From contig CAYXZM010000031.1 in NCBI GenBank assembly GCA_964469615.1, forward strand, positions 20,306 to 84,305: DNA of 64,000 nt. Direction: 5' to 3'. This DNA is from an uncultured Candidatus Bathyarchaeia archaeon. GTDB lineage: Archaea > Thermoproteota > Bathyarchaeia > Bathyarchaeales > Bathycorpusculaceae. Below are positions 1-8,430 of the stretch, one piece after another. Each line of letters starts with the position of its first letter. Position 1 is the first letter of the stretch. Position numbers and translations under genes: made by a program. The notes beneath the pieces are model-generated. The model worked only from the letters and a program-made list of their open reading frames with translations, was not told where the DNA came from and made no database searches.

Positions 1-215
1 CAGAAACTTGTGAACCGCAAGAGAAAATCATGCCAGAAGTCGATAAGGTTGCTGAACCGACAGAAGTTGCACCAGAAACTGTAGAAGCAGCAATAGAAGA
101 GCCAGAAGAAGAAATTGTTACAGTAAAAATGCTTGAAGATTCACTTATAGCTGAACAAGAAGTCGAGGACGCTCTCAAAAAGCGAAGCGAAAAGAAAAAG
201 CGCAAATTCTTCTAG
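1..215 (+). CDS. hypothetical acidic protein, C-terminal fragment (frame open to the window edge)
   Basis: Frame 3 is open from base 3. E/P/V-rich low-complexity sequence ends in a basic tail KKRSEKKKRKFF. No recognisable domain. Confidence 0.3.
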   Translation, partial: ETCEPQEKIMPEVDKVAEPTEVAPETVEAAIEEPEEEIVTVKMLEDSLIAEQEVEDALKKRSEKKKRKFF

Positions 216-346
216 ACATTGTGCAAAAGCTAATTAGCTTTTAGAAAGGATACTTGGAAAATTCATTTCATAGTATTTTTCTAGTTCGTAATCTGCATCT
301 TTCTGTTAGACTAGTCTCATGTTTTGTAGACAATTTTTTAGCTCTA

Positions 347-802
347 TTATATTAGGTTTTTTCTATGTAATATGAGTATGAGGAGTGTGGCTATCATGAA
401 TATTGGTGCTATTAGTATTGATGGGATTTCTGGTGTTATTGTTTCTGTGTAGCTGTCTGCTTTGAGGTAGTAAAAGCCTCCTTCAAGTGTGCTGTGTTCG
501 ATAGTTCCATAGATTGTGACGAATTCGCCTTCTTTAGGCATGGGCAATTCTGCAAAGCGTATTACAACAGGGATTATTTTTTCTAGCCAGAAGTCTTCGT
601 ACATATAAGTGCTTGGTATTATGTACATTGTTCCGTTGGTTCTTACCTTTTGTCCATAGAATTCTTCAATGTGAGTTGCTAAATAGTATGGGTCAACTGG
701 TGTGTATTCTGAATTATCTGAGGCTGAGGCTGAGGCTAATGTAGCTAGCGAGAATGTGAAGGTAAATACGATGAGACATGTGTATAGAATTTTATTTTTC
801 AT
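347..802 (-). CDS. hypothetical exported protein with signal peptide and C-terminal TM anchor
   Basis: N-terminus MKNKILYTCLIVFTFTFSLATLASASA looks like a signal peptide. C-terminus IPSILIAPIFMIATLLILIL is a hydrophobic anchor. No catalytic motif seen. Confidence 0.5.
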   Translation of the reverse strand: MKNKILYTCLIVFTFTFSLATLASASASDNSEYTPVDPYYLATHIEEFYGQKVRTNGTMYIIPSTYMYEDFWLEKIIPVVIRFAELPMPKEGEFVTIYGTIEHSTLEGGFYYLKADSYTETITPEIPSILIAPIFMIATLLILILHRKNLI

Positions 803-838
803 TCCTTCTCTCCATTATATTCTTATGATTTCAATTTA

Positions 839-1462
839 TTATGGTTTATGCTTCTGTGTAGAATACCGCTCGTTTTTCCAGACATCAGCATAGTCACTGT
901 AGCCACGTTTTTCCCAATACCCTAACTCCTTATTCACAGTGAACTTTATTTTTGTTATCCACATTGCACTTTTATATGCATACTTGTTCGGAACAACTAG
1001 GCGTAGTGGAAAGCCCATGCTTTCTTCGAGATATTCGCCATTTAGTTTTGTGGCTAAAAGCACATTGTCATGTGACAATTCTTCTATGCTCAGTGATGTG
1101 GTGTAGCCATCAGCGCATTTGAAAGTAACGTATTTTGCTGTCGGTTTAGGTTTAGCTATGCTTATTATGTGCTTGAATGGGATGCCATACCATCTATTGT
1201 TCAGGACGCTCCATCCTTCTACGCAGTGAAAATCGCTTATTGCTTCTATTGTTGGAAGCTTTTGTATGTCATTCCAACATAGCTTCAAGGGTTTTTCCAC
1301 TTCACCTTCTACGATTAGCGTGTATGTGTCTAGGTTGATTTTTGGAACGGTAGCATTTGGAATTGTGGGATGGTCTATTCCCCAGCGCAAATGCTGCTTT
1401 ATTGGAAACTGTCCAGGCGGCAACTTCTTGTCTTTCTCTTTTTTGGATGGCGTGGGATTCAC
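839..1462 (-). CDS. molybdopterin-dependent oxidoreductase, sulfite-oxidase-fold (YedY/MsrP-like) catalytic domain
   Basis: FHCVEGWSVLNNRWYGIPF and GFPLRLVVPNKYAYKSAMWITKI are characteristic of the Oxidored_molyb domain. About 200 aa, as in the short archaeal forms. Confidence 0.75.
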   Translation of the reverse strand: MNPTPSKKEKDKKLPPGQFPIKQHLRWGIDHPTIPNATVPKINLDTYTLIVEGEVEKPLKLCWNDIQKLPTIEAISDFHCVEGWSVLNNRWYGIPFKHIISIAKPKPTAKYVTFKCADGYTTSLSIEELSHDNVLLATKLNGEYLEESMGFPLRLVVPNKYAYKSAMWITKIKFTVNKELGYWEKRGYSDYADVWKNERYSTQKHKP

Positions 1463-1498
1463 CGTGATAGAAGGGTAAAATTTAAAAAATAAGTGTTG

Positions 1499-2356
1499 CT
1501 ATCTGCTCAAAAGCCATGAACCGTCGCATGCTGCAGTGTTTAATTGGCTTAAGCCTTCTCTGCATGTGCCAAATTTTATGTCATATTTCTTGGCTAATTT
1601 TGCCATGTTTTGCATTAGTTTAAAGCGCAAGTCTTTTGGCAAATATGTGTATGAGGCTATTTTTTCGCCTCTCTTAAAGTATAATAGCTTTAGTTTTTCT
1701 GTAGTCTGCGATGATACAACTTTGCTTAAGCGTTGCCAATTGTCTGGTTTAACCTTGTATGTTGATGCTGTTATATGTTTGATACCTATTGCTGTGAGGG
1801 TTTTGATTAGGGTTTCTGGATTGTCGTTTACGTATGGAATTATTGGGTCTATGCGGGCTGATACTGGAATGCCTTCTTCGATTAAGATTTTAGCGGTTTC
1901 TATGCGTTTTGTGGGTAGGGGAGCGTTTGGCTCCATTAATCTTGCAATATTGTCGTCTTCTGTTGTTATTGTTAATGCCACTGTAGCTGCTGTTCGCTTT
2001 AGAAGGTCTACATCTCTTGTGACCAAAGTAGATTTAGTGATTATCTGAATTCTGCAATTACTTACGGAGAGGATTTCTAAGCATTTGCGTGTTAAGCCAA
2101 GTTTTGCTTCAATATTAGGATAAGGGTCGGAAGAATTAGCTATCGAAACTATTTCGCCCCTTAGCCTTGAAGCTTCTCTACGTAGTTTTGAGATTAAATC
2201 TTTCTTTGGTCTGCAAGAATAGAATTTTGGGATATAGCTTGAAGCGTAGCAATAAAAGCAATTATGGTCGCAACCAGTGTAAGGGTTAAAGGTTAGCTTA
2301 GAGAGGCAAGTACAAAGTCTAGAATGCCAAGGGTCAAATGGCTTTATCAGACTCAA
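1499..2356 (-). CDS. radical SAM protein, SplB/DNA-photolyase-like (COG1533-type)
   Basis: CxxxCxxC cluster motif in GCDHNCFYCYASS near the N-terminus. Length about 285 aa with overall SplB-like layout. Confidence 0.75.
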   Translation of the reverse strand: MSLIKPFDPWHSRLCTCLSKLTFNPYTGCDHNCFYCYASSYIPKFYSCRPKKDLISKLRREASRLRGEIVSIANSSDPYPNIEAKLGLTRKCLEILSVSNCRIQIITKSTLVTRDVDLLKRTAATVALTITTEDDNIARLMEPNAPLPTKRIETAKILIEEGIPVSARIDPIIPYVNDNPETLIKTLTAIGIKHITASTYKVKPDNWQRLSKVVSSQTTEKLKLLYFKRGEKIASYTYLPKDLRFKLMQNMAKLAKKYDIKFGTCREGLSQLNTAACDGSWLLSR

Positions 2357-2558
2357 CGCATAATCCCAGACAATAATGAATTAAAAGAGCAAAGGTTAAC
2401 AAAAATTATTCGCTTGAAGTCATAATAATTGGATGCAGATTAAGCAATATCTCTAATAGAAAACAATTTAGAATAAAAAAATCCTTGTAGAAAACCTAAG
2501 GAGTAGGCTTCATATTGACTCCAAATTAAGCTTGAAATAATGTAAAAAAGCTAGATTC

Positions 2559-2945
2559 TCATATCCACTTTGTCTTAATCTCTTGAACAGCACTAATATG
2601 CGGATCATCTGAAAGACATATTGCCTTCAACACCAAAGCCGTAGCCGCAATCACACTATCAGCCAAACGCATCTTATACTTATGCCGAAGCTCAGCAGAA
2701 ACTCGCGCAATCTCCGCATCTACATTCACAACTCTAAAATCCTGCTCTAACAAATCCGTCCGCAACACGGCTGTTTCTCGCCCTTCACATCCAAGCGTTA
2801 ACCAATAAACCTCATGCAAAACAATAGCTGATACAAAGCGACCCTTATTCCGTCTAATCTCGTCCTTAGTCCGCCTCAAAACCCGTTGGTTGCCCGAATA
2901 ATAATGCTCAATAAAAAACCGAGTGTCAAAAACCACCTTAGACAT
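2559..2945 (-). CDS. vapC: PIN-domain ribonuclease toxin VapC
   Basis: PIN acidic residues in context: VVFDTRFF, LHEVYW, LADSVIAATA, LSDDPH. 128 aa. Its start overlaps the stop of the upstream antitoxin by 8 nt. Confidence 0.85.
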   Translation of the reverse strand: MSKVVFDTRFFIEHYYSGNQRVLRRTKDEIRRNKGRFVSAIVLHEVYWLTLGCEGRETAVLRTDLLEQDFRVVNVDAEIARVSAELRHKYKMRLADSVIAATALVLKAICLSDDPHISAVQEIKTKWI

Positions 2946-3192
2946 CCAAATCCCTTAATCTATCCAAAACACGCTTCATCTCATCAGGCGACGCAAAACG
3001 AGCCCCAGAACCAGCCAAATCAACCGTAGACTTCTTGGGTTTGAACAGAATCCCCTCAGCAGTCTCAATAACCTCTAACCGCGTACCCTCTTCAATGTTG
3101 TACTTCAAACGCAAATCAACAGGAATAGTCGTCTGCCCCTTCCGAGTTACTACCACCTCATATTCCAACTTTCTCACCGTACTACACATCAA
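2938..3192 (-). CDS. vapB: AbrB/SpoVT-family antitoxin VapB
   Basis: VVVTRKGQTTIPVDLRLKYNIEEGTRLEV is a swapped-hairpin AbrB/SpoVT motif. 84 aa. Overlaps vapC in the typical antitoxin-toxin order. Confidence 0.8.
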   Translation of the reverse strand: MMCSTVRKLEYEVVVTRKGQTTIPVDLRLKYNIEEGTRLEVIETAEGILFKPKKSTVDLAGSGARFASPDEMKRVLDRLRDLDV

Positions 3193-3463
3193 AAAGTACT
3201 ACATATAAACCTTACTACTGAAAAGCCGCAAGCAAGCCCAAAAACACTACCAAAAGTTCAATCTATTTATAGGGGATGGGCTAATGCGCAGAGCAACAGA
3301 AACCTATTACCAATTCTGTTGTTTGAACCTCTTTCTATGCTACGTATGCAATGTGTAACCATATTACCTAACTTGAGCAACTTTGCTTCACTTCTAAACA
3401 CACTTATTTCTGGGCAATTACTTTTATGTTTCAACCAAACTCTTTCTGCAAGGAGGCTTATTG

Positions 3464-4205
3464 TGAATTACGGACTTGCGTCAAAATATTACGATTTATT
3501 CGGTTCCAAAAATGACGTTGCCTTTTACAAAGAATTAGCGTTAAAACATGGAAAGAAAGCTTTGGAGCTTGGAGTAGGCACAGCAAGAGTTGCAATAGAA
3601 TTAGTCCGTGTAGGCGTTACTGTTTGGGGTATTGGCAATTCCAAATACATGCTTAACGTAGCAAAAGAAAAACTGGAAAGAGAAAAAGCTTCTGTTAGAA
3701 AACGTTTAATTCTGAAACTTGCTGATATGCGGAGTTTTAGGCTAAAAGAAAAATTTCCGCTTATTTACATTCCTTCTGCAACTTTTGAACACTGCATTTC
3801 AGAGAAGGACCAGAAAAAATGTTTAAACTGCATTCATAATACGCTCAAAAGCAAAGGTATATTAGCATTTGACTTGCCCAAGCTTGAACCAGAAAAACCA
3901 GAAAGTAGCTGGTGGATTGACAGAAAAGAAACAGGCGATAGTGGTGAGGTTGTTCGGACAATATTTTCGAGACGCACCCCCAAAACAAACATCGTATCTC
4001 TCAATTTCTTTTTGACGTTTATCAAAAAGGCAAACTGAAAGAAAGATATTATGAGTAAGGAGAAGCTCGACTGTTTTCTAAAGAGAATATAGAAAAACTA
4101 TTGAAAGAAGCATGCTTTAAAATTGATAAAATCTATGGAGATTTTGACAAATCTGCATATACTCTAAAAAGTCAAAGAATAATATTTGTCGCAAGCAGAA
4201 AGTAG
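3464..4205 (+). pseudogene. class I SAM-dependent methyltransferase, decayed (frameshift plus in-frame stop)
   Basis: MTase motif I is degenerate (ALELGVGTARVAIEL, WGIGNS instead of GxD). Reading shifts from frame 1 to frame 3 at the T5 run 4009-4013. Frame 3 continues FDVYQKGKLKERYYE, hits TAA at 4056-4058, then reads a typical MTase C-terminus LFSKENIEKLLKEACFKIDKIYGDFDKSAYTLKSQRIIFVASRK ending at 4205. The ORF-track N-terminal extension from 3319 looks non-coding, so GTG 3464 is the likely original start. Confidence 0.6.
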
Positions 4206-4222
4206 AATTGAAAACTAAATTT

Positions 4223-4705
4223 CTATTTCCTTCTCGGATATCTCTCAAGGTAATCCTCAATTCTTGGAAAAACTTCATGAACCCGTTCACGCCGTTTCTT
4301 CACATTTATGCTGTGCTGCAAAGCCGTAAACTCTTTTGGCTTGCTGAAACTTTCAACTTCGCCATCCACTCTTTTCCGTGAAATCTTTATACAATCATCC
4401 ACTATACAATTTAACACACAAGCACCACAATATATGCAAAGTTCTTCTATTATTCCAACCTCTCCAGCCTTCCAAAATAATGCATTGGTTGGACATGCCT
4501 TTATGCAAAGTTTGCATTCCACGCCCTTGCATGTTCTCTTATTAATCTCTATCTTTCCCTCAACAAAAAATTCTTTTACGCCAAAAGATGCGAGAAGCTC
4601 TTCTCTTTTTTTCCTTTTCTCCTTACTTGTTGTTTCTGTTAAAAGCTGAAATATGTCAACAGTTGAAGGCTTGCTAAGCTTATTTTCTTCAAGCATTCGC
4701 TTCAT
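4223..4705 (-). CDS. 4Fe-4S dicluster ferredoxin-domain protein
   Basis: Two cluster motifs, CKGVECKLCIKACP and CIYCGACVLNC, flanked by basic N- and C-terminal extensions. Confidence 0.7.
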   Translation of the reverse strand: MKRMLEENKLSKPSTVDIFQLLTETTSKEKRKKREELLASFGVKEFFVEGKIEINKRTCKGVECKLCIKACPTNALFWKAGEVGIIEELCIYCGACVLNCIVDDCIKISRKRVDGEVESFSKPKEFTALQHSINVKKRRERVHEVFPRIEDYLERYPRRK

Positions 4706-4842
4706 CCTATGTCAACTATCAGATTTGAAATTATAATGCTCATGAATTATAATTACTTATCCAAAATCCACAACCGTGGACTTTTAAGCGAGGTTTAATA
4801 ACCCCTCTAACGATTCATACTAGTTAATGGTTGGAATAATAA

Positions 4843-5022
4843 ATGTGCGAATTCACCATAATCCTTAACGGAAAAACAGTGTTCAAAGACGTAATCTACG
4901 CAAAGATGGAAAGCAACAACATAACTGTTAAAGACGTGCTCGGAAAAACCAAGGAGTTTAAAAACTGCAAAATCACAGAAGTTGATGTGAATTCTACACG
5001 CATGGTCCTATCAAGCATTTGA
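4843..5022 (+). CDS. cooT: CooT-family small nickel-binding protein (59 aa, below the ORF-track cut-off)
   Basis: My translation is MCEFTIILNGKTVFKDVIYAKMESNNITVKDVLGKTKEFKNCKITEVDVNSTRMVLSSI. The N-terminal MCE and the C-terminal I-x-E-V-D-x-N pattern resemble the CooT/PF10133 family. Confidence 0.55.
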   Translation: MCEFTIILNGKTVFKDVIYAKMESNNITVKDVLGKTKEFKNCKITEVDVNSTRMVLSSI

Positions 5023-5042
5023 GCATGACTAAAAGGCTAAGG

Positions 5043-5945
5043 TCAAAATCTAAACAGCAAAACAAGAAAACTGAAAACTAAACCAAATAATATTGGAAAC
5101 GGCAAGCCAGGAAACATTCCCTTCTTTTCCAACATTTTAAACGCCAAAAAGCATCCTAATAAAATGCCAACAATAGAAGCTAAACAAGGAACAATCCCAA
5201 AATAAATGAGCATGTGTCCGGAAAGCATTGAATAAAATGTCAAATCGCCTAAACCCATTTGAATATCCCTAAAAGAGAAACTCAAACCCCGAAACTGGTC
5301 TAAGCCAGCATGAGCTATTTTTCCAACTGGTCCATAATAAACAGCAAATGCGTCATAAACAGCCAGAAAACCCAAAATCAGCACCGTGCTCAAAGTGGGA
5401 ATCGAAACTCCTAAAAACGCTCCTAACGCTCCTCCAAAACATATAACAGCCAAATCGCAAAATCTGCCATAAACACGGAAAATTGCAAAATAAGCAATCA
5501 CCGCCATAGATGCTGATAAAATTAAAATTAGCGCCTCTACGTTAGGAATGGCAAATCTTGAAAATGCAGCGAATAGATAAATCATTGAAAGCATGAAAAC
5601 AGCAATTGTTAAAACAAACCCTGTAATCATTTTAATCATTTTATTACGTTTCATTTTTAAGAGCATATATAGTAATGAAGCACCCATTCCGACGAGGATA
5701 ACAAAATAGAATGCGTTGCCAAAAGATCCAATAGTGCTTTCTGGGAAAGGTGTAATAGAGTAAATCTTCATTGCAGACGTTAGAATCAGAAAGGCGCATC
5801 CCATCCCAAATAGCAAACTTGCCAAAATAGGTATTATATGCACAATTTCTGCCCTAAACTTTTCTTTCAAGTCTCTTCCCCTTCCTACCCACAATTGCTT
5901 CAACTTCCAAGTAGCACCTGTTACAGAAAAAGCTTTGTTTCTCAT
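5043..5945 (-). CDS. presenilin/signal-peptide-peptidase-like (A22) intramembrane aspartyl protease
   Basis: Polytopic membrane protein with the YD motif (LAVYDAFAVYYGP), the GxGD motif (MGLGDLTFYS) and a PAL-like PGLPFP. The track start at 5978 is a TTG inside a TATATTTTT box, and ATG 5945 lies about 28 nt downstream of that box, so it is probably a leaderless start. Confidence 0.75.
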   Translation of the reverse strand: MRNKAFSVTGATWKLKQLWVGRGRDLKEKFRAEIVHIIPILASLLFGMGCAFLILTSAMKIYSITPFPESTIGSFGNAFYFVILVGMGASLLYMLLKMKRNKMIKMITGFVLTIAVFMLSMIYLFAAFSRFAIPNVEALILILSASMAVIAYFAIFRVYGRFCDLAVICFGGALGAFLGVSIPTLSTVLILGFLAVYDAFAVYYGPVGKIAHAGLDQFRGLSFSFRDIQMGLGDLTFYSMLSGHMLIYFGIVPCLASIVGILLGCFLAFKMLEKKGMFPGLPFPILFGLVFSFLVLLFRF

Positions 5946-6408
5946 CGGTTTCGAAAATTGAATTAGAAAAATATACAATACAAAACTGATTAAAACAATG
6001 CCTCAACCCAAAAATGTGTTCAAACTAGTGCAAAACTTCTTTAGCGTTCCTTTCCACGAAAAATTCCATGTTAGAAGCCCTGTCGAGGAACTCTAGTTTA
6101 CGTCTTCACAAGTATATTAATTTAAATTTACAAGATATTTTGCCTCTCCAAAAAACCAAATTTTGTTTTCTCTCTTGGGCGACAAATTTTTGCGAGTCTG
6201 AAATAACTGGAAAAATGATGAAAAATACGCTAAAATTCAACATCAAGTCAAAATAAAAATCATTTAGTAAAATTGGTATGTTCCAGAAAACATAATCAAA
6301 CATCATGGTAAAACTAATTTTTCACGTAGCAAAACCTAGTTGAAAACCAACATGTAAGCCTATCCAACGCAGCTTTCCACCAAGCTTCACTTTTAGTTTA
6401 TTTTTGTG

Positions 6409-6524
6409 CGGGCCCGCGGGGATTTGAACCCCGGTTCTCCGGCTTTCTTCCATTTGATGTTGCCCGGAGGCTTACGCATCATTGTGTTGATTCGACGCCT
6501 TGATCCATACTGGGCTACGGGCCC
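6409..6524 (-). tRNA. tRNA gene with about 40 nt of intervening sequence; isotype and anticodon not resolved by eye
   Basis: Minus-strand read: acceptor GGGCCCG/CGGGCCC, D-arm GCCCAGTATGGATCAAGGC (A14, G18G19, A21), T-arm CGGGG-TTCAAAT-CCCCG, discriminator G. The gene is 116 nt against about 75 expected. No contiguous 5-7-5 anticodon arm with U33 exists, so intron(s), probably non-canonical, are needed. Confidence 0.75.
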
Positions 6525-6602
6525 TTTTTTCTTTAAATATAGTTTATCTGAATTAATTGTTTTGGTGTTTTCTACAAATAGCAGAAGAGCATAGTTGATC
6601 TG

Positions 6603-7790
6603 CTATCTGTGTGCGTCAATTAACTTTTCAGCATTTTGTATGAGCGCTTGCTTCTTGTCATTTGGTACTATTATGCTTGCTGCATACTGATGCCCATCTG
6701 CTAAACCAAAGCCTTCAGAAACTCTGTCCAAGAGATTAACGGCACCTAAAAATCTTCCATCATCAATCAGTCGATGCAAGGCCTTAGGTACGCGGACAGA
6801 AGCTTTGACATATTTCTCCATGAGCATTCCCCAGTTGGGAATTTTCTGCGGCACATCTACAAAACCCATTATGTATTTGTTGGGTTTTATTAGGCGAGTT
6901 TGATAGGATAAAAAGGAGCAGAATTGCCCTATCACCTTTGTCCCCATACCATCATAGGCATTTCCTGCATCAAACCATTGGATGTGTTCTGTTTCCTTCA
7001 GTCTTTCACGGTAAAGTCTTGCCAAGACCCGTCTATTAGCCTCTTTGCGTCTGAACTCCAGAACATTAACCTTTTCGTCCACTTCCTTGGTTACCCCTTC
7101 TAAACATGCGTTTATTCCAATTTCTGGTCCACCCTCATAATAGCCCACTGCACCCAAAATCTGAAGCTTTGAAAATAAGGCATTTAAGCGCATCTTTAAT
7201 TTGGCTATTTCAAAATTTTTACCCTTTTGTAGAATCATCCCATTTTTTAAGGCTTCATCCAAAATCAGATTGTTTAATCCAAAAAAGCCATCAGGAATTT
7301 CGCAACTTCCAACCAGAGCCAAATATCCCAAATCCCAATTTTTCTCGTTTAAAGCCTTTGCAAACAAGTAACAGCATGTGGCTCCAGAAAAATCTGTTTC
7401 GCCCTTAAATCCACAGTGTTCAAGGTTTAAATCCAATACTTTCGGGTCTTTGGATGGTTTTGGATCGTGATGATCCAATATTATAGTTAGGCTTCTGCTA
7501 TCATTATATTCTGATATCAGGTCTGCATGTGACGAGCCGATGTCCACATAAAAAATCGTTTGACCAGCCTTCGAATGTAGGTCTCTAATGACTTCTGTGT
7601 AAATTTTTTCCAAACAAAACGTTTTTGTTTTTATCCCTTCACGTTCTAACGCCTTCTTTGTTACTGCAGCGGAGCACAAGCCGTCTGCGTCATCATGATG
7701 AACTATTACTGCTTCCTTGGGCTTTATTGCCCTCAGTTGTAAGATGGCTTGCTTTGTTTTCTTTTCAAAATCAGCCAGTGCCATACACAT
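6603..7790 (-). CDS. DHH/DHHA1-family phosphoesterase (NrnA/RecJ-like)
   Basis: DHH motifs VIVHHDDADGLCS and ILDHHDP, plus a degenerate DHHA1 motif ADGHQYAAS near the C-terminus. Confidence 0.75.
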   Translation of the reverse strand: MCMALADFEKKTKQAILQLRAIKPKEAVIVHHDDADGLCSAAVTKKALEREGIKTKTFCLEKIYTEVIRDLHSKAGQTIFYVDIGSSHADLISEYNDSRSLTIILDHHDPKPSKDPKVLDLNLEHCGFKGETDFSGATCCYLFAKALNEKNWDLGYLALVGSCEIPDGFFGLNNLILDEALKNGMILQKGKNFEIAKLKMRLNALFSKLQILGAVGYYEGGPEIGINACLEGVTKEVDEKVNVLEFRRKEANRRVLARLYRERLKETEHIQWFDAGNAYDGMGTKVIGQFCSFLSYQTRLIKPNKYIMGFVDVPQKIPNWGMLMEKYVKASVRVPKALHRLIDDGRFLGAVNLLDRVSEGFGLADGHQYAASIIVPNDKKQALIQNAEKLIDAHR

Positions 7791-7796
7791 TGCCTC

Positions 7797-8330
7797 TTAA
7801 CTTATTGTTTTCAGAAGATCAGAACGTGTTATTATTCCAACTAATTCATTACCTCTTGTTACTAGCACTCCTTGATGTCTTTCAAGAAGTGAACGGATGT
7901 CATTAATTGGTGTTTCTTCAGAAACTGTTGGCAAAGGCGCGCCCATAACGTTTTTCACTTTTTCTTCTGCTATGTTTGTGCCAAGATTGCTGATGATGTC
8001 TTCCTCTGTTATCGTTCCAACGACCTTGTTTCTGTCTAGAATGGGCATTTGAGAAATGGCATGTCGCACCATAACTTCGCTTACCTTCAGAACACTATTG
8101 TTGGGTTTTGCAAAGAGCACACCTTCAGTCATAATGTCCTTGCACTTTATCTTTTTGCCCTCCATAATAACAGCCAAAATCTTGTTAATCGTCGAAAGCC
8201 TTGGGTCAACTTTTCCCATCTCTATTTTCGCTATGTGCGCTTGCGACACTTCAGCAAGTTCTGCTAGCCTCTTCTGGGTTAAACCAGCCTCTAACCTTAA
8301 CTTTTTAAGCGTTGAACCAGTTATTAACAA
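7797..8330 (-). CDS. XRE-type HTH plus tandem CBS-domain transcriptional regulator
   Basis: HTH: LKKLRLEAGLTQKRLAELAEVSQAHIAKIEMGK. Two CBS repeats follow (IMTEGVLFAKPN...ISQMPILDRNKVVGTITEEDI and VMGAPLPTVSEE...GVLVTRGNELVGIITRSDLL). The track start 8441 reads through a TATA box and overlaps metK, and TTG at 8330 lies about 28 nt downstream of TTATATTTTAAAATA. Confidence 0.75.
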   Translation of the reverse strand: MLITGSTLKKLRLEAGLTQKRLAELAEVSQAHIAKIEMGKVDPRLSTINKILAVIMEGKKIKCKDIMTEGVLFAKPNNSVLKVSEVMVRHAISQMPILDRNKVVGTITEEDIISNLGTNIAEEKVKNVMGAPLPTVSEETPINDIRSLLERHQGVLVTRGNELVGIITRSDLLKTIS

Positions 8331-8344
8331 AATATAACCACCAG

Positions 8345-8365
8345 TTATTTTAAAATATAAAATAA
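8345..8365. promoter_or_regulatory. AT-rich inverted repeat inside the back-to-back promoter region between the HTH-CBS regulator and metK
   Basis: TTATTTTA-N5-TAAAATAA is a perfect 8-nt inverted repeat that overlaps the presumed TATA box of the minus-strand gene. It sits in the 100-bp divergent spacer 8331-8430. Confidence 0.25.
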
Positions 8366-8430
8366 TACAGTAAAATATATATCTGTTGTTGTGCATACAC
8401 CATAAAACTTCATGAAAGGAAAGGCTTGTC

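Noticed and set aside
1536-2048. Long antisense ORFs in the track (for example 1536-2048, 14696-15163, 18997-19458, 44734-45147, 54902-55451, 29234-29653, 63458-63769)
   Set aside because: Each lies entirely opposite a gene with strong family motifs. They have Ser/Leu/Phe-rich low-complexity composition and no motifs of their own. I treat them as shadow ORFs.
3319-3463. N-terminal extensions proposed by the ORF track (3319-3463, 5946-5978, 8331-8441, 50160-50246, 54317-54367, 11425-11457)
   Set aside because: These extensions start at TTG/GTG codons and run through TATA-like boxes or the neighbouring gene. They add hydrophobic or odd sequence before well-defined family N-termini, so the internal starts fit better.
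6068-6306. Two overlapping 62-66-aa ORFs and a C-box-like ATGATGA (6215-6221) preceded by CTGA (6198-6201), in the gap between the presenilin-like gene and the tRNA
   Set aside because: The ORFs are low-complexity and mutually antisense. The box order is wrong (CTGA then ATGATGA, with no terminal D box and no 5' C box) and so is the spacing, so this does not fit a C/D-box sRNA on either strand.
6525-6560. TATATTTAAAG box next to the intron-containing tRNA, as its promoter
   Set aside because: The box ends only about 7 nt upstream of the mature 5' end, too close for the usual TATA position at about -26. An ATTAATT element further upstream is equally possible, so no call was made.
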